A stretch of 64,000 bases of DNA from Chiloscyllium plagiosum (Eukaryota). The notes beneath the pieces were generated by a model that saw nothing but the letters and a program-made list of their open reading frames with translations, did no database searches and was not told the origin of the DNA. Shown in pieces: positions 53,521-64,000 of this stretch. Where the stretch lies: positions 3,619,462-3,683,461 of the forward strand of contig NC_057755.1 of NCBI RefSeq assembly GCF_004010195.1, read 5' to 3'. Positions within the stretch are counted from its first letter, which is position 1. The number at the start of each line of letters is the position of its first letter. A program made the position numbers and the translations under genes.

Positions 53521-54205
53521 GCCAGCGAACAGACAGAGACTGACAATGATCATGGTGCAGAAATGACTGTTCCGGTCCCTCCCTCTCCTCCCCTACAGTG
53601 GAAATGCAGAAACCCCTGCTGCCGGAATTTTTCACTCATTCTCAGGCTGTCTGTGAAAAATCAATATTCCAGCTGAGTCCATCGCTCAAAGCCAGTCCAT
53701 CATTTGGAATCACTCCTCCAGCCTCTTTCCAACCTCCACTGCCCCTGACAGTTACCTCTTGTTCCCTTACCTGCTGTCCCTTTGTTATGTCTTCTAATAC
53801 TCCTTAAAGTTGAGGTGGATGGATTCTTGTTCAGCCTGGGAGATTGATATCATTATCCACAGCAGACAGGAATGTGGATTACAATTTAGAATTGCATGAG
53901 CTATGATGCTCTGGAATAACGTGTGGACCTGTTTAGAAGGGCTGAAAGGCCTACTGTTCCTCATTGTCTGTGTGTCTCCATGTGTGTCAATCCGTCGGTC
54001 AATCAAGGAGAGCAGCTTGGACCTGAGCGTGGTGAATGTTGACCCATATTGCTTCGCCCCTCGCCATCCACTGCAGGGTGTTCAACAAAATTCATGTGAT
54101 TGTGCTGATGAAATTCTGTCTGCACATATGCAATTCCTGCACTGGGAAAACTGCTGATGCCTGGGGACCGCCCCAGTTCTTTTGCTGAGTCATTAAGTGA
54201 AGAAG

Positions 54206-55080
54206 TTACGTAATCAATTGTTGCACCGCATTCTTGAACTTTGCTCTGAACTTGGACAGAGTCACTGCACAAAATAATGTGTTCGTGCTGCAGCTTAAAA
54301 CCCTCAGCATTTCTGCAATGTATGTAAAATCCTTTATAGAACTGGAGTTCCAACGATATGTTCCTTTAATGCTAAAGTACAAGACGTTTGAACCGTGTAC
54401 TGTCCACAGAAGTATGAAGCTAATGGATATGGTGAAGAGGGAAATCCCTGACCTCCTCCGATTCTCCATCTCTGTGTCTTTGTGCCTCTCTCCATTCCTC
54501 TGAACCCTCAGGCTTTTGCGGACTCGATTGATCAATAAAATGTGTCTGACCATCAGAGTATTCATCAACAGAATTAATACGAATGGGATGAAAGGGGTTA
54601 AAATTATATCAAACCACCTGAATCCCAGCCACCTGAGATCTGTAAAATAACTTGATTTTATTCGGCAGTGCCACAGAACATTGTTAATTATATTCGAAAG
54701 TTCAAGCTTAAAATAGAAGGGAATGTTTTTTAAACAGAGCAGAATGCCAGTTGCAGCCATAGCCACAGCCAAGGCTTTTTCTGTCCAATATTTTCTCTTC
54801 ATTTTCAGGCAGCAAATGGCCACAAAACGATCAAAGGTGAAAAGGACAGTGAACCAGACGGAACAGTCTGTGGCTGCACGTTCCATGACATAGACAGGAC
54901 GGCACACAAATGTGAGATCCAGGAAACACGTTGGCATGTCAAAGAATTTGAGTTTCCACAGTATGATGTCAGTGAGAACAAACAGTAGATCCGACGTTGC
55001 CATAGCCAACAGGCAACGCGTTGTACAGTTAGAGAGACCACATTTTCCCCGTGCGAGAACCAAAATCACCAGGCAGTTAA
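54206..55080 (-). CDS. GPCR gene B exon 2: probable G-protein coupled receptor 139/142-like; full protein 313 aa with exon 1 at 63603-63669
   Basis: Intact 875-nt exon, colinear with gene A without indels (offset 23620). DRF motif, disulfide cysteines, acceptor ttacttcctgtttctttcag|TT. TM7 reads NTLFC. Confidence 0.92.
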
Positions 55081-56972
55081 CTGAAAGAAACAGGAAGTAA
55101 AATGCAAATTGGAAATTAATGATCACGCTTGTGGACGTTGGAACAGATAGCAATATAAGATCTTAGCACATAAATGTGTCAGTGGGAAGGTTCAGATATC
55201 GAGTTTGAACGAGACACCTCCAATGGCCTGAACCAATTTGAAGATGTTCACTCCTGTGTTTAAATAAGGGTGGGCAGGCAATTCTCAGATGGCGGGAGGT
55301 GGGGATGGGTATACCTTTCAGGCTAAAGGGAAGAGGTGTTTTGTGGGTGTCTGCTAATTCAGTGCCTGGGAGAGTTGTGGAAGAAGGAAATATCACAAAC
55401 TTTAAAAACCATGTGGATGAACGGTTGAAGCATCATAATATTCGTGACTATGAGTATAGTGCAGGAAGCTGGGACGAGAGTCGACATTGTGTAGCTTCGT
55501 TAGCACAAACTGGAACGACCAAAGGGAAAACAGCCCAGCATATTCAGCCTATCCCTATACTTCAAATATTCCAACCCTGGCAATATTTTTTCTGAACCAT
55601 TTCAGATTTTCCAACATTCTTGGAGGGAGACTAGAATGGCACACAATATTCCAAACGTCGCCTAACCAATGTCCTGCACAGCCACAACATGATCTCCCAA
55701 TCCCTATACTGAATGCTCTGATCAATAAAGGAAAGTATACCAAACATCGTCTTCATCGAACTCTCCACCTCAGAAAACATTTTCAAGGATCTATGATCTT
55801 GCACTCCAAGGTCTCCTTGTTCAGCGACAAAGCCCAGGACCTTACCCATAACTGTCTGTGTCCTGCTCTGATTAGCCTTTCAATGAGAAGGGTCTCACAT
55901 TCATCTAAATTAATGCGACTCTGCGACTCCTTGGATTATTGGCCCATCTGTTCAACCTTCTCCCTTGTCAAATCCCACTTTAAATTTCGTGTCATCTGCA
56001 AACTTACGAACTAGAATGTAAATTGTCAATTTCATATCGTTTCTGTCAATGGCAAAAAGCTGTGGATCCAGCATCAATTCCACTCACACACCACTGGTCA
56101 CAGGCCTCCATTCTGAAAAGCGAGTCGACACCACCACCCTCTGTCTTCCACCGACAAGCCAGTTTTGTACCAAAAAGCTGGGTCTCCTTGAGTTCAATGC
56201 CAGCTAACCCTTAGGAATTTGTCTACCATGGCAAACCAGTTTGAACACCTTCCTCAAGTCTATATCGATCACGTCCACTGTTCTGCCTCATCAATCCACT
56301 TTGATACTTCTTCAAAAAACGCAGTTAAATTGGTGAGACATGATAGCACATGTACAAAGGCATGTCAACTGCCCCTAATCAGTCCTTGCCACTCCAAATA
56401 CATATATATCCTGCCCCTGCAGATTCACTCTCACAACTTGCCCACCACTAATGTCAGGCTTTCCACTCTATACTGTCCTGGCATTTCCTCTCACCTTTTT
56501 TTAAATAGTGGCGCTATGTTCGCCAACCACTAGTCTTCCAGCACCTCACCAACTGTCAATGATAAAAATATCTCACCAAGTCCCACAGCAATCACTTCCC
56601 TAGCTTCCCAAAGAGATTGCAAGGACACCTCATCACGTCCTGGGGATTTATCCAACCTCATGATTTTTAAGATATCCAGCATCGCTTCTGATGCAAAATG
56701 GGCATTTTTCAAGATGTCAGCACCTGTTTCCCAATGCCCTGTATCTAGCATGCCATTCTGCGTAGTAAACAAAGATGCAAAATGCTTGTTTACTATTGCT
56801 CACATGACCTGCATTTCCACACACAGGCTGCGACATTATGCTTCAGGAGTCCTGTTTTCTCCTGTGTTACAGTTCTGTCCTTAATATATTTATGAAATAC
56901 GTTCGGATTCTCCTTAACCCTTTTTGGCAAAGCTATCTTATGTCCACTTTTTGCCCTGCCGATTTCCCTCTT

Positions 56973-58445
56973 CGGTTAACGAGTTTTGAGAAGATTTACA
57001 AACCCTTCATCAAAAACAGGAAATTACATCACTCTAGGAAATGAAGTCACCACAGGAAATGACATCACCCACCCAAGGAAAATCAAACATATAAGTAGGA
57101 CGCCAGAGACAATACCAGTGCTTCATTCGAAGGCTCACTGTATATGTTACCTTGTTCTAATTTTTTTAAATAAGTAACAACGAAGATTGATGAAGGCAGA
57201 GCAGTAGGTTGAGATCTATATGGACTTCAGTGAGACGTTCGACAAGGTTCCCCATGGGAGACTGATTAGCAAGGTTAGATCTCATGGAATAAATGGAGAA
57301 TTAGCCATTCGGATACAGAACCGGCTCAAAGGTAGAAGACAGAGGGTGGTGGTGGAGGGTTGTTTTTCAGACTGGAGGCCTGTGACCAGTGGAGTGCCAC
57401 AAGGCTCGGAGCTGGGTCCTCTACTTTATGTCATTGACATAAATGATTTGGATGCGAGCATAAGAGGTATAATTAGCAAGTATGCAGATGTCACCAAAAT
57501 TGGAAGTGTAGTGGACAGCAAAAAGGGTTATCTCAGATTACAACAGGATCTTGATCAGATGAGCCAATGGGCTGAGAAGTGGCAGGTGGAGTTTAATTCA
57601 GATAAATGCGAGGTGCTGCATTTTGGGAAAGCAAATCTTAGTAGGACTTATACACTTAATGGTAAAGTCCTAGGGAGTGTTGCTGAACAAAGAGGCCTTG
57701 GAGTGCAGGTTCATAGCTCCTCGAAAGTGGAGTCACAGGTAGATAGGGTAGAGAAGAAAGCGTTTGGTATGCTTTCCTTTATTGGTCAGAGTATTGAGTA
57801 CAGGAGTTGGGAGGTCATGTTGCGGCTGTACAGGACAGTGGTTAGGCCACTGTTGGAATATTGCGTGCAATTCTGGTATCCTTCCTATCGGAAAGATGTT
57901 TTGAAACTTGCAAGGGTTCAGAAAAGATTTACAAGGATGTTGCCAGGGTTGGAGGATTTGAGCTATAGGGAGGGGCTGAGCAGGCTGGGGCTGTTTTACC
58001 TGTCGGAGGCTGAGGTGTGACCCTATAGAGGTTTACAAAATTGAGTGGCATGGATAGGATAAATAGACAAAGTCTTTTCCCTGGGATCGGGGAGTCCAGA
58101 ACTAGAGGGAATAGGTTTAGTGTGTGAGGGGAAAGATATAAACGAGACCTAAGGGGCAACCTTTCCACGCAGCGTGTGGTACGTGTATGGTATGAGCTGC
58201 CAGAGAATGTGGTGGAGGCTGGTACAATTGCAACATTTAAGAGGCATTTGGATGGGTACATGAATAGGAAGGGTTTGGAGGGATATAGGCCGGGTTCTGG
58301 CAGGTGGGACTAGATTGGGTTGGGATATCTGTTTGGAGTGGACAGGTTGGACTGAAGAGTGCGTTTCCATGCTGAACATCTCTATCACTCTATGACTCTA
58401 TGTCTGAAAATGAATCTTCCAGCTCAGCGAGCAAACCTACATCCA
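56973..58445 (+). mobile_element. Poseidon-type Penelope pseudo-LTR with a 9-bp target-site duplication, split by a CR1
   Basis: TTCCCTCTT at 56964-56972 and 58446-58454. 57000-57153 plus 58401-58445 match 19450-19645. Confidence 0.8.
57160..58400 (+). mobile_element. 5'-truncated, relatively young CR1 LINE with a 266-aa reverse transcriptase ORF
   Basis: ORF 57220-58020: FDKVPHGRL, SGVPQGSELGPLL, SKYADVTKI, LEYCVQFW; ctatgactcta tail. Confidence 0.95.
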
Positions 58446-60423
58446 TTCCCTCTTAAGTCTTCTCCTGCTCCCCTCATGCTCTTGTCAGTATTGACTCGAT
58501 CTCTGCTGTCTATCCCTGACATATGCGTCCTTCTTTTTACCAAAACCGCGATTTTTCCCATCATACAGCATTCCTGCACCTTTCAGTCTTGCCTTTCAGC
58601 CTAACAAGAACATACTGTCTCTGGACCCTTGCTATCTCATTTTCGAAGGCATCTCATTTTCTAACCATCGCTTCACCTTCGAACATCTCCCCTGAAGTCA
58701 GCTTTTGAAAGTTCTTGCCAGGTACTTTAAAAATTGGCCACTTTTTAAACTGATATATTTATGTTCGCTTGCCAGAATGTGCTCTCCAGTGACGCCTCAG
58801 TCACCTGGCCTGCCTTATTTCCTGAGAGTAAGTCAACGTTTGAGACTGCACCAATACCTACATCTGCTTAGTGAATCAGAAAATTTTATCCTACACACTT
58901 AACAATTTCCTCTCCATCTCAACCCTTAACATTCTGCAGTCCCAGACTATGTTTGAAACGTTAACATTCCCTACTATTACCACCCTATTATTCTTACAGA
59001 TAACTGATATCTCCTTACGAATTTTTTTGTCGACTTCCCACTTACCATTCGCGGGTCAATAATACAATCGCAATAAGGTGCTAATCGTTTTCTTATTTCT
59101 CAGTTCCACACAAATATCTTCCCTGGACATAATTTCAGGAATATCCTGTCTAATTACAGCTGTAATGTTATCCATTATCAAAAACACAAATTCCCTCTCC
59201 TCTTTGCTCCGTTTCTTTCCTTTCGACAGCATTAAGCTGTCAGTCCTGTCCTCCCCTGAGCCACGTCTTTATAATTTGCTATGATATCCTATTCCATCTT
59301 CCTCACTATCCCGACGTTCATCTGCCTTCCCCGTTGGTCCGCTTGTATTGCACCGAAAGTAATCCAAAATCATTCCCCCAAGCACCTCCTTTTAAATGAC
59401 TGCCGAACTTCTTATATTTCACATTCTGAATTTTATTCTTTTCCCTTCGTATGTCATTAGTTCCACTGTGCACACGACTTCCTGCTGGTCCCTCTCCCCT
59501 TTGAGAGTATTCTGCACCCTCTCCAAGACATCCTTGATCTTGGCACCAGCGAGGCAACATTCCATTTTGGTTTCTCAATGTTTGTCGTAGAAATGTCTGT
59601 TTATGCCTCTAGCTGGACAGTGCCTTATCACAATTGATCACTTGTAACCTGGCATGCCCCTGTTATATATTAGAGCCAGTTTTGGTGTCAGAAACCTGGT
59701 AGTTCATGCCACATTCTCGAAGAGTCCATCACCCCCGACATTTTCCAAAGCTGCATACTTGTTTAAGATGGCGATAGCCACCGGAGACTCCTGCACGATC
59801 CACCTCTCTGTCCAACCTTTCTTGGAGCTGACCCATCTACATCATTATATCTGCGGTTTTCCCCTCCTACTGTAAATGCTAGCCATCACATTCCCTACCT
59901 CCTGTAAATACCCCTTTACCTCTTACTGCTTCTCCAATCGAGTTAATAGGATTCAAAATCAAACACACTTACTGTAGACATAATTTTCAGTAAATAGAAG
60001 CTTTCCTAGGAAGAGTTTATCAGTCCACTAAAAGTCATCTTTGCACCTCAATAATCTACAGACCCAGACAATACCACAGCCCTAGAGCTCTAAAATACAC
60101 TTCTCCGGGCTAAAGTATTGCCAATGACTTATACTTTTATACTTTACTCAAGAGGCAGAACTAAATAAAACAAATACCCAAGAATGAACTCGCTCCACTT
60201 GCTGTTGTAGACTGACACAAAAAAGGCAGGAAAATTATACTTAAAAACTATGCTCTCATCTGCTCCTGTGCTGTGATCTCTTACACACAAGTTCCTCCAA
60301 GGGCAGCTGTGATTTTTGCTGGGTTTGCTTTCCCAGGTACACTCTGATGACCAGAAACACAGGGACTCAAACAACAAAGACAGGAGCTGTGCAGATTCAC
60401 TGCGGTCTCAGACAGCAGTAATA

Positions 60424-60461
<38 letters not shown>

Positions 60462-63400
60462 CCCTCTGGCTGACCATGTGGTCTCCAACTTTGTCTAACG
60501 TCCTTCTTATTGCCTGGCTTTGATATTTATTTTCCCCAATTATCCAAAGCAGTCCACCTACTTGCAAATTAATAATCTTTCAGGAATTCGTGAAAGTCAG
60601 CTCTGACACGTAAAATACCTCAACTAAGGGAGCAGCTCTTACAGCCACAGTCTTTTCTCGTCCTCCATATAGGTTTGCCTGGAATGTTCTGATCTGCAAA
60701 AACATGAGTTGTTGCACTTGTGAAGATGGAATGGTTTAACGGAGGATGCGAACAGAAACGAGAAAGTTTGGTTTCATCATTGAAGGGACAAACCACAATC
60801 TGTGATGATAAAATGAGGATCTATTAACTCACTGAATCCTGTAGAGTTTGTTTTGGGAAGTGAACAATTCCTTGTCATATTTAGAAAGTGTTCCATTTTT
60901 GCTTGTACATTCAGTGAACAGATAATGCCAAATACAAATCAGTAGATGTGCCTATTTTATTACGTTATCTGCATTGTCTGACTGAAATTGTCTTGGGGAT
61001 AGGCTTTTTGAAACTTTTTGAATAAGCGACATAATGCACAACAAAACAGACAGCGTCACTACTACAAATTCCGAATTTTGCGGATCCAATCCATTGTGTA
61101 ATAAAATAAGACGTTAAAAAATAATCAGGTGTCTCTGACTCTCTATTGTGCTCTAATCATGTCAGGTGCAATTAACATGGGAAGTGTTAATACAAATACT
61201 CAGCAGTTAGTAGACAGAACAAGATTTCATAATTCGTTCTTTTTTAAAAAACTTTATTTTGTAATGAGAATGCCTAAATAAGGTAAGCAATATTAACCTA
61301 ATGAATTGATTCATTCATATCTTCTAAACGTAGTTCGCAATAATCCTCCTCAGGCAAAACTGCTTCATGCAGTGTAAAAAATAGGAAGCCACAAAAACTT
61401 CTTCAGGAAAACAACTGGAAATTAGCCACAGTCATCTGAAATTCAATTTAACACTTCGCAGTTTTAAAATGTTGGAAATGGACAACGCAGCAACAGCCCA
61501 TTCTGCCCACTGAGCGAATCCACTTTAATACTCCTTAGTCTTTCTTCAGTCCCACAGAACTACAGGAAAGTTATGGCACTGAAAGAGGTTATTCATGTCT
61601 GCATTAATTGAGTAAACTGGCTACCTGCTCTGATCCCATTTTGCAGCACCTGGTCCACAGCGTTGAAGGTTTTTACACCTCAGGTGCAGATCCAAGTTCC
61701 CTTTCAAATGGTTGAGGGTTGCCACTTCACGCCACTATCCAAACTGGAAAGTGAATTCCAAATGCACCGTCAGCTTTTGAATGAAATTGTACGCCTCATG
61801 TCCCCTACATAGCTTCCATCAATTATTCATTCTCTGCGTCTCCTGATAAATGGTCCTGCGTTTGGGGAGATGAGTCTCCATTCAAGAGCCTCCTTATTTT
61901 CTACATCTCAATCACGTCAATTCTCATTCCACTCTGTTTACGAGTTGACCCAAACACTATCTTTTTTCTTGTAAATCTCTTCTATACTCTCCTCAGTGCA
62001 ATTCAGTTCTCACTGCTGTCTCATAACCAGCACTGTGCACAAAACCGCAGCAGGGAGCCAGCCAGTGCCTTATGTAGTTCCAGTGTTACAGGTCGGGAAA
62101 GTGTGCGGTATTTTTTTTTGTTGGCGCTGGTGCGCAGTGAGAGAGAAGTAATGTTGGGAGGAATAATATGTAATTACATCTCAATGTGAATCTCTGATCG
62201 GGATCTGTGGCATATGATGGATCTGAACGGATATTCTTTGGGCACAATTTATTTGAGGTTTGGGTGTAGTTTATCAGTTTCAGACAGTCTAAGTGTTTAA
62301 CAGACTCCCTTCTGTTTTGATATCAGGTGATTAATTACAGAGCACACCTCGATACTCGACAGAAATCCAAGCTGATGACACATGACCTTGTTTGTGTTGA
62401 TTTAACAAAGTGATCTCTTGCTGTATCGTAAACACACAATGCTGTAAATATTACATCCTTTAAAAATGAAATTTATTGCTAAAGAAATGATGGTAAAGCA
62501 GAATAAAGCAAACTACGTACGTATAAAACAGATTTAAAGGCAATGAACACACAGCAGAAGTATAATTGTCATTAATCTCAAAACAATGCATATATGAAAC
62601 GAAAGGCCACGATTTTCACATTTTACACAAAACCCGACTCCCAGTTCCGTTCAAACAAAACAGCCCTCAAAACATATTCACACCAGAATCGTCGTATCTA
62701 TCACTTGGCAAAATGACTTTTGACTGCCAATTCTCAACTGGAATTGCAGTCAATTTCTTACTGGAGCTACCGCACATCTGAGCATCAATATACTCAGCTT
62801 AAAAAAAAATCTTCAGAGCTTTTCTTTGGTCACAACACTACAGTCTGTGGCTAACACAAAACCTTCACTCCAAGGTAATGCTATTTACGAAAAGTCTCGT
62901 TTCGTTTGCATAGGCACAGGTCTATGCAGCCACTCAGTTCCAGGGTCTTACAGCAACAAAACTAAATGATAAAAATGATAAAATTGAAAGTAAAGCTTTC
63001 TCAGTAAGGATTTCTTCCTTAATTGAAAATTCCAGAACTCACCTACAAAGTTTTTGAGGCCCCATTATGCCATGTTGGGTTGCAACCATCAAAACTTAAC
63101 AAAAGCTCATTCGCACACAAAACCATTCAGCCCATCGCCAAACTTCAAACGCAATCTTTAAAAGAAACTGCAGCAACTACACAAATAAATCCAAGGCAAC
63201 TATAAACTTTAGATGCACAGAGAAGCCCACTGCTTATTCACTTCAACACCAGAACCAAACACAAACTCACTAATATTGCACTCTCTGCATATAATATCAT
63301 CGCTCTCTGTTTCCAAAGTGATTCCTTGCCTTAATTCCATTGAAACTCTCCGTAGTCTACGATTGAAATGGGCATTTCTGGAAGGTTTTCAGGAGAGATG

Positions 63401-63602
63401 AATAATATCCCAAGCAATTCCTGTGGAATCTGCGATGACACGGTTTCCATAGGGTCCCTGTAATCTGATGATAAATTACCGAGCTCCAGCCATTGTGTGA
63501 ATTTTGGGCACAACCTATCTATATATCATTGTCAGTGACAGAGTGAACCCGAAGCCCACCATCAGACAGATTGACACAATTTCAATGGTGTACTGCACTT
63601 AC

Positions 63603-63669
63603 CGGGGATTGTTACAATCGCAAGGGTCATATAAAATAATTTCCGCAAGTAATAAAGTGAAAATGTCAT
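63603..63669 (-). CDS. GPCR gene B exon 1
   Basis: MTFSLYYLRKLFYMTLAIVTIP-G|gtaagt; 67 nt, phase 1, in frame with exon 2 at 55080. Confidence 0.88.
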
Positions 63670-63742
63670 TTTCTGCCTGAAACTCTGTGCGCAGGCAATC
63701 TCTCTGTACTCAATGCGAGGTGATGTAATCTCAAAGCCTTTC

Positions 63743-63749
63743 ATTTATA
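63743..63749 (-). promoter_or_regulatory. Candidate TATA box of gene B
   Basis: TATAAAT about 75-80 nt upstream of the ATG, same context as gene A. Confidence 0.55.
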
Positions 63750-64000
63750 CCTGCTGGCATCGCCTGGGGGACAGTTACATTACAATGTGTTTCACTTCAT
63801 TTATTTAAGAATTTGAACAAACAGGTGACAGCGGTGAGTTAACTCCCAGTGGCAGCAGATTATTTTTACAACTGTGGTTTATACGAATATATCTATCGAA
63901 TTCTCATTTCATGTCAGTGTTGTCCTCCCCTTGACTTTGATCATTTGGAAATTAAATCCCAGTTGTTGAGTGTCTCTCTGAGAAACGTTCTCTTCAACAC

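Larger units (their letters stand above)
55530..60680 (-). mobile_element. Long decayed CR1 LINE in the gene B intron, paralogous to 32270-37170
   Basis: LCRTLVRRRLEYCVPF, LDKSPGRDEV..LWEAREVIA, and ORF1-like VHSGTNDI. Same 5' junction as the gene A copy. Confidence 0.85.

Overview
Repeat-rich vertebrate genomic DNA, almost certainly an elasmobranch (shark), judging by HE1/V-SINE and shark-type CR1 and Penelope repeats. It has four N-gaps. The host content is a tandem cluster of class A (rhodopsin-like) GPCR genes of the GPR139/GPR142-like type. Two intact two-exon genes lie on the minus strand: exon 1 40132-40198 with exon 2 30586-31460, and exon 1 63603-63669 with exon 2 54206-55080. Each encodes 313 aa, they are about 85% identical by hand count, and they sit in duplicated units about 23.5 kb apart. 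The window also holds a deleted, frameshifted pseudogene (about 16.4-16.8 kb), an orphan plus-strand exon 1 (9145-9211) and a 3'-flank module with no gene attached (23.5-26.3 kb), which fits birth-and-death evolution. Differences between the paralogs concentrate in extracellular loop 2, so this may be a diversifying ligand-sensing receptor family; that is inference. The rest is decayed mobile DNA: many CR1 LINEs, a Tx1-like LINE, Penelope-like elements whose terminal repeats carry minimal hammerhead-ribozyme motifs, HE1 and Deu-type SINEs, probable solo LTRs, and mini- and microsatellites. Repeat boundaries are approximate and were read by eye.
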